Shown piece by piece: positions 1 through 10,234 of a stretch of DNA of 32,535 bases. The DNA lies in NCBI RefSeq assembly GCF_001194135.2, contig NC_068985.1:127200577-127233111 (forward strand), given 5' to 3'. Positions within the stretch are counted from its first letter, which is position 1; every line of letters starts with the position of its first letter. The notes beneath the pieces are model-generated. The model had not been told where the DNA came from, did no database searches, and saw nothing but the letters and a program-made list of their open reading frames with translations. The position numbers were made by a program, and so were the translations under genes. Source of the stretch: Octopus bimaculoides. Taxonomy: Eukaryota.

Positions 1-43
1 ACCCATGCTAGCATGGAAAGCGGACGTTAAACGATGATGATGA
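1..43 (+). mobile_element. SINE-C / RTE-type 3' tail (truncated by window start)
   Basis: ACCCATGCTAGCATGGAAAGCGGACGTTAAAC(GAT)n, essentially identical to the tail at 26327-26379 and similar to at least 7 other copies in the window. Confidence 0.85.
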
Positions 44-155
44 TATAAATTCAATAATAGGACAAATTCTCTTACAAGAATTTATCAAGTAGCTAGCGTG
101 AAAAAAACCTCATAAGGGAAAAAATCCATCATTTATTCCCGAAATATATATATTT

Positions 156-288
156 ATTTATATAAGGGCATTACTATACAATAATGCCTCACGTGTATGT
201 ATGTATATATGTATGTATGTATGTATGTATAGACATATATCTTTTTATATGTGTGTGTGTGTGTGTATAGTAATGCCCTTATATAAAT
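156..288. repeat. Perfect 25-bp inverted repeat enclosing a (TATG)n/(TG)n microsatellite
   Basis: 156-180 ATTTATATAAGGGCATTACTATACA is the exact reverse complement of 264-288. Confidence 0.9.
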
Positions 289-766
289 ATATATATATAT
301 ATATACATCTATCTGTTAAAAGTTAGCAACATTTTTGTATTTATTCTGTGTTTTAACTCTTCCACTGGCGTCTGTAGATCACTATGGATAGTCAGCGTTA
401 ATCGAATTATCAACAAGCTGCTGCATTTATCTGTAGTCAAGTAAAACCATCCACATTTATTTTGTTGATAAAATGAAAAATATAAAGAATATCTATTGAT
501 TATCTTGAAATATCATATTTTGCCCTCCACTTCATCCCTATATGCACACATGGAGTCATTAAGGCATACAACAAAAATGAAGAGTCCAGAATGCAGGAGA
601 TCAGTTAACTGTAGTTTTATAATGTTAAGAGCTTCCCATATGTCTTAACTGATTCTATCAGCAAAAATCCTTCTATGCAGTGCTCCACCATGGCCACAGT
701 CCAGTGACAAAAACAACTAAAAGAATCAAAGAACTCTGTATCATATCATCAATATTTTCTGTTTCT

Positions 767-982
767 AAGGTGGTGAGCTGGCAGAAACGTTAGCACGCCA
801 GGGAAATGCTTAGTGGTATTTCGTCTGTCTTTACGTTCTGAGTTCAAATTCCACTGAGGTCGACTTTGCCTTTTATTCTTTTGGGGTCAATAAATTAAGT
901 ACCAGTTGTGTACTGGGGTCGATCTAATTGACTGGCTCCCCCCACAAAATTTTGGGCCTTGTGCCTAGAGTAGAAAAGAATA
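767..982 (+). mobile_element. SINE-B (tRNA-derived) with probable TSD
   Basis: Pol III B-box-like GAGTTCAAATTCC at 840-852; homologous minus-strand copies at 1603-1806 and 17815-18039; flanks AATATTTTCTGTTTCT (751-766) and AATATTTTCCGTTTGT (979-994) match 14/16. Confidence 0.85.
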
Positions 983-1293
983 TTTTCCGTTTGTTGTATA
1001 TTTCAGCCCCAACCCTAACCTGACAACACTCAGAATTGCAACAGATTTTATAAAGAAATACAGAAAAGCTAAATATATTTTTATGAAACAAAGCCAAGTT
1101 GAATGAAATACGAGAAGAACAGATATAGTTTGAAAAAAGAAAAAGGAAAAACTTTTCAAGATATTTTTGCCATGGTATATAAATTGCTGAATGAAAGAAA
1201 GAAGAGCAAAAAGGATGAAAGAAAGATAAACGATGGATTTAATTTAACAGAAAATCTGAAAAATACCATTGTCTTCTGGTTTGACAAATAAGT

Positions 1294-1410
1294 GAGAAGA
1301 GAGAGTAAAACAGGGAGGGAGAAGAGAGAGTAAAACAGGGAGGGAGAGAGAGAGAGTAAAACAGGGAGAGAGAGAGAGAGTAAAACAGGGAGGGAGAAGA
1401 GAGAGAGAGG
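1294..1410. repeat. About 25-bp GA-rich minisatellite (GAGAGAGTAAAACAGGGAGGGAGAA) x4
   Basis: GTAAAACAGGG recurs at about 1305, 1330, 1356 and 1380. Confidence 0.9.
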
Positions 1411-1513
1411 GATTTGTGGGAAAATGGACAAACAGTAAGAGAGAAAGAGAGAAGGAACAGACAAACAGAGAGATAGAGAGAGAGGAGGGAGGGAGATTCA
1501 TAGTAAAATGAAC

Positions 1514-1552
<39 letters not shown>

Positions 1553-1602
1553 AGCAGAGATGGGATACATAAAAAGATAGAAAGAGAGATATTGGTTTCA
1601 AA

Positions 1603-1806
1603 TTTTGGCACGAGGCCAGCAGTTCCGGGGGAAGGGGTAAGTCGATTACATCGACCCTAGTGTTCAACTCGTACTTATTTTATCAACCCCAAAAGGATGA
1701 AAGGCAAAGTCAACCTAAGCAGAGTTTGAACTCAGAATGTAAAGACGGATGAAATGCTGCTAAGTATTTTGCTCGGTGCAGTAACAATTCAGCCAGCTCA
1801 CCACCT
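1603..1806 (-). mobile_element. SINE-B, diverged copy
   Basis: Reverse complement aligns with 767-965 (head GGTGGTGAGCTGG, B-box, central CTTTCATCCTTTTGGGGTTGATAAAATAAGTAC). Confidence 0.85.
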
Positions 1807-2336
1807 TTAGAAAGAGAGATGTTGAGAGAGAAAGATGAGTGATTCAGAGGAAAATAGATGAAGGTATGATTGAAGAGAATGAAAGAGACAAAGTGTCATC
1901 ACTGTTTAGGTTGGTGGGAAATTGCTGTACTTTTTCATGCAGTACATCAAGGGGTTATTGTTTTGAGTCAAAGGCATTCCAACTGTGACCATCCAGTCTT
2001 TTTCTGAGGTAAAGTGCACTTGGAATTGTATGTGTATATGTCTATGAATAAACACACACACACACACGCATGGTAAGGAGAGACAAATAGAATAGGTACC
2101 AGGCTTGAAAATAAAAACATAAGTAATGGCACCAATTCATTTGACTAAAAATTCTTTGAGGCAGTGCCCCAGCATGGCCACAGTCGAATGACTGAAACAA
2201 GTAAAAGATTAAACAATAAAAGATAAAAGATATATAAACGAGTACTCCAAGGTGTGGATTCAGTGAGTTGTATGGCTATTACAGAGAGTTCCACATGCAA
2301 ACTTGGCTAACACTCCACATAATACTCCATAACAAA

Positions 2337-2556
2337 GGCGTAGACAATGGTTGTGTGGTAAGAGTCTTGCTTCCCAACCACGTGGTTCAAGGTTCAGTCC
2401 TGCTGTATGGCACCTTGAGCAAGCATCTTCTACTCTAGCCTCAGGCCAACCAAATCCCTGTGAGTGCATTTGGTAGAAAGAAACTGAAAGAAGCCCATCG
2501 TATATGTGTGTGCGTGTGTGTATAATATATATGTATGTGTGTATATATATATATAT
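2337..2556 (+). mobile_element. SINE-A 5' half (split by Tc1 insertion)
   Basis: Aligns to 17011-17200 (A-box, GGTTCAGTCC B-box, CORE-like GGCACCTTGAGCAAG) and ends in the internal TG/TA microsatellite. Confidence 0.85.
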
Positions 2557-4117
2557 GCTGAACTACAAAAGAAACGTTGCACTGTAAAAGATTATTTGTT
2601 TCACTCAGTGTTGAGATTATATGGATTTTATCACATTTTTAGGTAATTTGACATCAGGAAGATGTCATGGACTCACAACACCACTCTCTTTGGAAAACAC
2701 AAGGATTGCATGTTGGCTTTGAACTCGCTCACTTTTCATGAACATGGTAATGCTCGCCATCACATCTTTGTGAAAAGTGTGATGCATGTGCAAAGCATTG
2801 ACTCATTAGGTCTAAAAGACTCCCAAATTTACCAGCCTGTCTCTCATTTCCCGAATGCAGCAAACATGCCAAGACTGACGGAAATTCAGAGGGAGCGAGC
2901 CATTGGACGTCTTGCCACTGGTCAACATCCATGGGTCATTGCTAATGACTTGAACTGCAGTATTCTGTGACACTTGAGCAGCAGAGAGAACAATACAATG
3001 CCACAAACATCATGGATGATCGTTCACGCAGTGGTCAACCAAGGGTTACAAGAGCATGTCAAGATCGCCACCTGCACTGACAGCACTTACAGGACCATTT
3101 CCAGAGGGCAACGGAATCAGCTAGGCAGACCATAGAGATTCACTACAAACCCATTTGTGCAGAGACACTTTGCCGCTGGCTGAGATCTTTCAATCTGTTT
3201 TGTTGACATCCGGTTAGGGGCCCCATGCTCACAGATCTTCATCGATGGGCACGTCTGCAGTGGGCTCAAAAACATCAGAACCGGCAATATCAGCAGTGGG
3301 GAACTGCAATCTTCTCTGATGGAAGTCGATATTGCATTTCTCTGGCAGATGGCGGGGCTAGGGTTTGGAGAAGAAGGGTGAATGTCATGTCAGTGGCTAT
3401 GTGGTGGAGTGAGACTCATGGGGAGGACAGAGTATCATGGGATGGGGCAGGATTGCACTCTACCAGAAACTTGGACTGGTGGTCCTCCAAAACACCAGTC
3501 AAGGCTGGGGCCATGGAGTAACTGCTGCTTGCTCCATTGACCAAGTGTTGAGGCCTCACATTGTGTCATAATTTGCCCCTTATCAGAACCATGTGTTCCA
3601 ACACAATAACGCCCGTGCTCAGACTGTCAGGTTGACAACAGACTTCCTCCAACAGCACAACATCTAGACACTGCCATGGCCTGTCCTAAGTCCAGACTTG
3701 AACCCCATAGAGCACCAGTGGGATGAAATCCAAAGAAGGGCAAGTGACATCTGTCTAAGGCTGACAACTGCAGCACAACTCACTGTAAATTTTAACAGAG
3801 TGTGGGCTGCTATTTCCATGTCCTTCATCAATTGCATGGTGCATTCAATGTACAGAAAATGCCTGGTGGTAATCAATGTTAATGGTAGTAACATGAGATA
3901 TTGAGTTCATCTTTTTGGATCCAGGACACTCCATCATCACGTGACACCAGGATCCTGAATCCAGGACACTCCATCATGATGTGTCATATGTTTCAGGAAA
4001 TGACATTTTATCATTAGGAAAGAATGGTTTCTCAATTAGCACTCTTCAATCAATGCTATGGCAGTCAGTTAATAAATCAGTTTCTGTTTAGTATGTGTGC
4101 AACGTTTCTTTTCTGGT

Positions 4118-4124
<7 letters not shown>
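2555..4124 (+). mobile_element. Full-length decayed Tc1/mariner DNA transposon
   Basis: TIRs CTGAACTACAAAAGAAACGTTGCAC (2558-2582) and GTGCAACGTTTCTTTTCTGGTTCAG (4097-4121), both flanked by (TA)n; transposase remnant inside. Confidence 0.92.
2866..3904 (+). pseudogene. Tc1 DD34E transposase pseudogene
   Basis: MPRLTEIQRERAIGRL (HTH), DDRSRSGQPRVT, RLQWA..WGTAIFSDGSRY, FQH(N)NARAQ and SPDLNPIEHQW; 34 residues between the second catalytic position (mutated D to N) and E; several stops and frameshifts. Confidence 0.92.
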
Positions 4125-4159
<35 letters not shown>

Positions 4160-4325
4160 ACTGGTGTTGGTTTGTTTACATCCCCATAAAAGAGACCGAT
4201 AGAATAAGTACTAGGCTTAAAAAAAATAAGACCTGGGGTCAGTTTGTTTGACTGAACCCTTCAAGGTGGTGTTCCAGCATGGCCACAGTTAAAGGGCTGA
4301 AACAAGTAAAAGAATTAAAGAAAAG
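4160..4325 (+). mobile_element. SINE-A 3' half (continuation of 2337-2556)
   Basis: GAGACCGATAGAATAAGTACTAGGCTT...CCAGCATGGCCACAG..CTGAAACAAGTAAAAG matches 17270-17443. Confidence 0.85.
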
Positions 4326-4689
4326 AAGTATAATGTAGAGTGTCTATGTAGTAACTGCAAATCTAGAAAGTCCAGTCAATGAAATTCTTTCATGGAGAGT
4401 ATATAAACCATAAAATATCAGGGTGTATGAGGGGTGAATATGTTTATTTAACTATATGACTTCCATAGGATGACAGCCATTTTGCAACTTTTTTTGTATA
4501 GTATTAACTTTGGTATGGAAGAAATTATACAAGCATGTTTGCATAATTTGTGCCATACTGAAATTAATACTTACATGAAGAAGGTTGTGAAACAGCTGTA
4601 ATCCTTTGGAGTCACATGGTTTAGTAATTATATAGTCACAGTCACCTCTCTTACTTCTTGCCTTTATGGTTTTGTCTATGTAAAAAGCA

Positions 4690-4965
4690 CACCTTTGCTG
4701 ATGCCATGAAAAATGCATACATACTGGTGCCATGTAAAGAGTACCTGTGTTGGTTCCACATAAAAATACTAATGCAGGTACCCATATAAGAAGCACCCAG
4801 TATACTCTATAAAGTGGTTGGTGTAAGGAAGGGCATCCAGTTGAAGAAACCATGCCAAAATAGACAATCAGAGCCTGGTGCAGTTCTCCAGCCAATCTCC
4901 TGTCAAACCATCCAACCCATGCTTGCAATCGAATATGGACGTTAAATGATGATGATGATGATGAT
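4690..4965 (+). mobile_element. SINE-C, 5'-truncated and diverged
   Basis: Degenerate GTGCC..ATGTAAA units, GGAAGGGCATCCAG, and ACCCATGC..GGACGTTAAA(TGA)n tail. Confidence 0.8.
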
Positions 4966-4967
4966 AT

Positions 4968-5194
4968 ATACTCTTTTACTTGTTTCAGTCATTTGACTGT
5001 GGCCATGCTGGAGCACCGCCTTTAATCGAGTCAATCGACCCCAGGACTTATTCTTTGAAAGCCTAGTACTTATTCTATCAGTCTCTTTTGCCGAACCACT
5101 AAGTTACGGGGACGTAAACACACCAGCATCAGTTGTCAAGCGATGTTGGTGGGTACAAAGACAGACACACAGACACACACACACTCGCACACAC
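4968..5194 (-). mobile_element. SINE-A 3' half (split by CR1 insertion)
   Basis: Reverse complement of the SINE-A tail; ends in the internal (CA)n tract. Confidence 0.88.
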
Positions 5195-6575
5195 ATGCAG
5201 ATAAAGAACCCAGCTGATTTCTTTGACAATAGCACTGAGCAGAAAAAGACTGCATCCATTACCTACATTGACATTGAAGAGGAAGATGTAATAGCTGCCA
5301 TAAACGAAATGAGCTCAAATTCGGCAACTGGCCCCGATGGTTTCCCANNNNNNNNNNNNNNNNNNNNNNNNNNNNNNNNNNNNNNNNNNNNNNNNNNNNN
5401 NNNNNNNNNNNNNNNNNNNNNNNNNNNNNNNNNNNNNNNNNNNNNNNNNNNNNNNNNNNNNNNNNNNNNNNNNNNNNNNNNNNNNNNNNNNNNNNNNNNN
5501 NNNNNNNNNNNNNNNNNNNNNNNNNNNNNNNNNNNNNNNNNNNNNNNNNNNNNNNNNNNNNNNNNNNNNNNNNNNNNNNNNNNNNNNNNNNNNNNNNNNN
5601 NNNNNNNNNNNNNNNNNNNNNNNNNNNNNNNNNNNNNNNNNNNNNNNNNNNNNNNNNNNNNNNNNNNNNNNNNNNNNNNNNNNNNNNNNNNNNNNNNNNN
5701 NNNNNNNNNNNNNNNNNNNNNNNNNNNNNNNNNNNNNNNNNNNNNNNNNNNNNNNNNNTGACCATTCAAATGTTGATGTGATATATCTCGACTTTGCAAA
5801 AGCCTTTGACAAAGTTGATCATGGCTTGATATGTCACAAACTGCGAAACCTTGGCATAGCTGGTAAATTAGGAGAGTGGCTGCATGACTTCCTGAATGGT
5901 AGAAGTCAGACAGTTGCAGCCAATGGAGAACTATCTAGGGAAACACAAATATTCCGCAAGGAACTGTTCTGGGGCCACTACTGTTCATAGTGGCCCTTCT
6001 AGACATGCCCACGGTCACTCGGAGAGCCACTGTCACTAGCTACGCTGATGACACAAAGCTATCCCAGGCAATAAAGAATCCTGATGATATTGTAAGCCTG
6101 CAGAATGACCTAAATGCCATATATGAATGGGCAGAGCAAAATAATATGCAGTTCAATGCAAAAAAAGTTTAAGTACTGCGCTACAAGGCCACAAGTGCCT
6201 CCCAACTGGCATACACAGGACCTGGAGGTATTGCAATCCCAGAACCACAAACAGCTCTTCAATGCCCTGCCAAAATATTTGAGAGACCTGCAAGACATGG
6301 ATGCGGATGTCTTCAAGACAAAACTTGATGCTTTCCTCTCCACGATACCAGATGAACCAATGGCTCGAAATGAGACACAGTTTAGGGCAGCGATGTCAAA
6401 TTCTCTTATACACCAGATGTGCCATCAAAACTCTTGATTGGACCATATCAGGTGGGGGAGAAGAGCCATGCAAGGAACGTGAAGAGAGCACAGCATAAAG
6501 ACGGAAAATCACGGTGGTTCTCCAGTATGACTGCAGCCACTTGGCTGAAACCCATAAATGAATAAATGAATAAAA
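5195..6575 (+). mobile_element. 5'-truncated CR1-group (CR1/L2/Jockey superclade) LINE, RT remnant plus 3' UTR
   Basis: NSATGPDGFP, VDVIYLDFAKAFDKVDH, (V)PQGTVLGPLLF, SYADDTK, LQNDLNAIYEWAEQNNMQFN, LFNALPKYLRD..FKTKLDAFLSTIPDEP; internal deletion near 6245; (TAAATGAA)n tail at 6555-6575; possible ACACAT TSD; contains a 411-N gap. Confidence 0.9.
5348..5758. other. Assembly gap (411 N)
   Basis: Run of N. Confidence 1.
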
Positions 6576-6729
6576 TACACATATATACGACAGGCTTCTT
6601 TCAGTTTCCGCCTGCCAAATCCACTCACAAAGCTTTGGTCGGCCTGAGGCTATAGTAGAAGACACTTGTCCAAGGTGCCACGCAGTGGGACTGAACCTGG
6701 AACCATGTGGTTGATAAGCAAGCTACTTA
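6576..6729 (-). mobile_element. SINE-A 5' half (partner of 4968-5194), head truncated
   Basis: Reverse complement of 17035-17175. Confidence 0.88.
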
Positions 6730-6985
6730 TGTATATATATATGTATATATATATGTGTGTGTGCATGTTTGTGTGTCTGTGTTTGTCCCCCTCCCCCCCA
6801 ATATCACTTGACAACCGATGCTGGTGTGTTTACATCCCCGTAACTTAGCGGTTCGGCAAAAGAGACCGACAGAATAAGTACTAGGCTTCCAAAGAATAAG
6901 TCCTGGGGTCGATTTGCTCGACTAAAGGCGGTGCTCCAGCATGGCCGCAGTCAAATGACTGAAACAAGTACAAGAGTAAAAGAGT
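6730..6985 (+). mobile_element. SINE-A 3' half
   Basis: Near-consensus tail ending CAGTCAAATGACTGAAACAAGTACAAGAGTAAAAGAG. Confidence 0.9.
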
Positions 6986-7074
6986 ATTCGTTTACTTATT
7001 TATCTCTCTATTATTTTTCCTCCTTCAGTCTTAAGCATGTGTATCTGTATTTTTTGTGTATGTGTGTATGGGTT

Positions 7075-7407
7075 TATGTAGTCTATAGCATATGGTGTAC
7101 TGAGGGATTGTGCAGAGACAAGGCAACAACATACATTAGGGAAATAGCACATAGCATAGGGGAACAGATAGCTGAGCACTAGTGGGAGCTCAAAGAGGAG
7201 AGAAGATCATCAGTGTTCTACCAACATGCTCAATTAGAACATAGAGGCTTGATTAATTACATAGATGTCAAGGTATCATCAACACATAAAACAGACACGA
7301 CACTTACACAGATTATGGAGGCTGCACAGAGAGTAGTCGACAGATCAAGCCTCAAAATAAAACATGAATGGAACAATAACACCCCTCCACCACGCTACAG
7401 AACATGA
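7075..7407 (+). pseudogene. Penelope-like element GIY-YIG endonuclease fragment
   Basis: One frame with a single stop: VVYSIWC..C..TYIREIAHSIGEQIAEH*WELKEERRSSVFYQHAQLEH..LTQIMEA..SLKIKHEW. It resembles the VY.I.C / YIGET.R....R..EH / R...EA..I...P.LN layout of PLE GIY-YIG domains. Confidence 0.7.
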
Positions 7408-7469
7408 TGACTAAAGACAGAATGAGAAAAGAAGAAAGGCTCAAGTACAAACAGCATAATATATATAAC

Positions 7470-7745
7470 CCCCCCCACACACACACACACACACAAGACA
7501 AAAAAAGACACACATACAAATACCTAAGATTGAATCAGGAAAAAATAAAGAATAAATAAGAAAATAAATGAAAAAAAAACTAAATCAAGGAACGGTACAA
7601 ACAGTATAGTCAGCAAATCCACACACGCACACACACACACACATGAAACATATGCAAAACACATAGGCATGCAAACACACATGCATGTATGTACACACAC
7701 ACACAGGCATGTGTACACACACACATGCAAATGCATGCACAGCGA
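7470..7745. repeat. (CA)n-rich compound microsatellite
   Basis: CA and CATG-type low-complexity arrays. Confidence 0.9.
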
Positions 7746-8770
7746 AGGATACACACTGTAGAAAGACAGAATGAACTAAACAGGACAGAAAGAGACACAT
7801 GGATGGAGAGATGCTGAAGAGGTCACAGGGCGTGTAATGAAAGATTTCACACAAAGGACACTAGAATAAGAACGATAGTAAAGCTGAAGTGAAGAATGAA
7901 TATATATTGTGTGTGTGTTTGCTTGGTAAAACCCCCCCTCCCCCAAAATGACCATCCTGAAATATAACATCATCATCACTGTAACATTTTGTTAAGAATT
8001 TTGTTGAGGCAGATTTACTACATATATGTAAGTGTATATACAACAAGCTTCTTCCAGTTTCCATATATCTAATCCACTCACAAGGCTTTGAATATGCATA
8101 CATGCACAGAAAGAGAGAGCGAGGAGGAGGGAGAGTAATAATGTATATCGTCCCAAATCATACAAAGTGTGATGTTATAGAAAAAAAAAAAAAACCAACT
8201 CCAAAATGTCTCTATAAAAGTGCATTATTGTTTATCTGTCACATTCTTAAATCACTCCCATCTCTTGTCTACATTCTGCAAGTGAAGAACTTCAAAGACA
8301 TCAAATATTGGAAAGAAGTTTCAATGAGATTTCTACCTGCTGCTGCTGTTGGTGCTGCTCTTTCCTTCTTTGTTGCTTTTCTATTGTTCTTTTTTGTTTT
8401 TGCCTTTTTTATGCTTCTCTTGGTTTATTTTGGTTTCATTTTCCTTTTCTCATTCCCATCCTTTATCAAATATTTGTGTGTGCATATGTGCCTGTATTCA
8501 TGTATGTGTTTATATATCAACACACACACACATATATATCTATACTAATCGAAGGGGTAAGTAAAACCCATGCAATCACCCTAGTAACACTTCACACACA
8601 CACACACACACAAGCACACACACATACACACACATGCACACACACACACACACATACACACACATGCACACACATGTATATAATTAATGCTGCACAAAGT
8701 AGCATTGACTGAAATATATTCATTTAAAGTCATAATCAGAATGTTCAAGTGTGCTCAAACATGAAAAGGC

Positions 8771-8908
8771 CTTTTGCTGCAGAGCTAGTCCTAGGATAAA
8801 ATTCTGCTCCAAGACATTGTGTAGAGACACAACCCATCCTGTGTCTTTACATGTATCTAGGTCTAAAATGAGATTTTCTTTTTCCTTAGGACTAGCTCCA
8901 CAGGAAAA
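8771..8908. mobile_element. Small MITE-like fold-back element
   Basis: Imperfect inverted arms of about 34 bp with core GAGCTAGTCCTAGGA / TCCTTAGGACTAGCTC; no clear TSD. Confidence 0.45.
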
Positions 8909-9066
8909 AGACTTGTCCCATCTTAATGAATATGATTATACATGAACATATATATATTTACTTGGAGAATGGAGCAACAAATACAAGAAAAAGCATTTTC
9001 ATTGGACTAGATAGCCGTTGTTTTATTATGTGGAGCTTACTTACCTATATATATATATATATATAT

Positions 9067-9197
9067 NNNNNNNNNNNNNNNNNNNNNNNNNNNNNNNNNN
9101 NNNNNNNNNNNNNNNNNNNNNNNNNNNNNNNNNNNNNNNNNNNNNNNNNNNNNNNNNNNNNNNNNNNNNNNNNNNNNNNNNNNNNNNNNNNNNNNNN
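9067..9197. other. Assembly gap (131 N)
   Basis: Run of N. Confidence 1.
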
Positions 9198-9385
9198 CAT
9201 GAATGATCATGGGATTGCACCTAGAAAGTTTCCCTCCGTGGCACAAGTCTGAGCAAGATTGTTTAGGAAGACCAGCAGTCGCCCATGCATACCAGCCTCC
9301 CCTCCCCATGCCACCAATATTATCCAGGGGAAAGGAAAAGGCCGATACAGCTTGGCACCAGTGACATTGCAACTCATTTCTACAA
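9198..9385 (-). mobile_element. Probable 3' part of a fourth SINE-like family
   Basis: GC-richer non-coding block fused directly to the RTE fragment. Family identity is recalled from octopus repeats; there is only one copy here. Confidence 0.4.
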
Positions 9386-10075
9386 ATGTCGACCCAACAG
9401 AGGGACCAGCTATCCGAATTGATAGTACCTTGGTAGATGAAGCAATTAAGGGTATGAAAACAGGGAAAGCCCCCAGCCCATCAGGAATCACTGCAGAGAT
9501 GCTCAAAATATCTGGCGGTGTCGGCTATAGCCTAGTCACCCATATAGTTAACCAGGTGATATACATAAAGGAGTCATACCCAATGACCGGTTTAGCAGCA
9601 TCATAGTCAACTCCTACAATGGTAAAGGTGATGCTTTAGATACAAATAATTACAGAAGTATCAAGTTGTTGGATCAGGTAATGAAGGTCATGGAGAGGGT
9701 CATAGCCCAACTAATTAGGGAGAGAGTCAGTTTAGATGAGATGTAGTTTGGGTTCGTGCCAGGGAAAAGCAACACTAGTGCTATATTTCTGGTAAGACAG
9801 CTGCAAGAGAAATACCTAGCCAAAGAAAAACCTCTGTACCTGGCTTTTGTTGACATGGAGAAAGCCTTTGACAGGGTCCCCTGACCCCTTATCTGGTGGT
9901 CAATGAGGAAACTAGGGTTAGATGAATGGTTAGTGCGAGCTGTGCAATTCATGTACAGGGATGCTGTCAGTAAGGTGAGCGTTGGCAATGAGTACAGTGA
10001 AGAACAGCTTCTATCACAATCCAGGGAGAAAATCTATAAGTAGTTGATAGCTTCCATTACCTAGGGGACCAAGTC
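9386..10075 (+). mobile_element. RTE-clade LINE internal fragment (RT N-terminal half)
   Basis: MKTGKAPSPSGITAEMLK, GKGDALDTNNYRSIKLLDQVMKVMERV, FGFVPGKS, LYLAFVDMEKAFDRVP, and after a deletion VVDSFHYLGDQ. Confidence 0.92.
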
Positions 10076-10162
10076 AGTGGTTCAAGCACAAGTGGTAAAG
10101 ATCAATAGAGAGATGAGAGGATGTCAAAGAAGCTGGCTTGGCAAAAGATGTAGATGTAGCAG

Positions 10163-10209
<47 letters not shown>

Positions 10210-10234
10210 GTTATGCTTTGTAGCTGCACTTTCT

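Noticed and set aside
1156-1667. 100-140-aa ORFs on the minus strand
   Set aside because: Translations of GA minisatellite and (CA)n repeats; low-complexity peptides.
5195-5990. Long ORFs in several frames in the track
   Set aside because: Their length comes from the 411-N gap; only the CR1 RT frame is real.
8102-8712. Hydrophobic, membrane-protein-like ORFs (148 aa, 134 aa)
   Set aside because: The hydrophobicity comes from a T-rich low-complexity tract and CA repeats; no domain or convincing splice structure.
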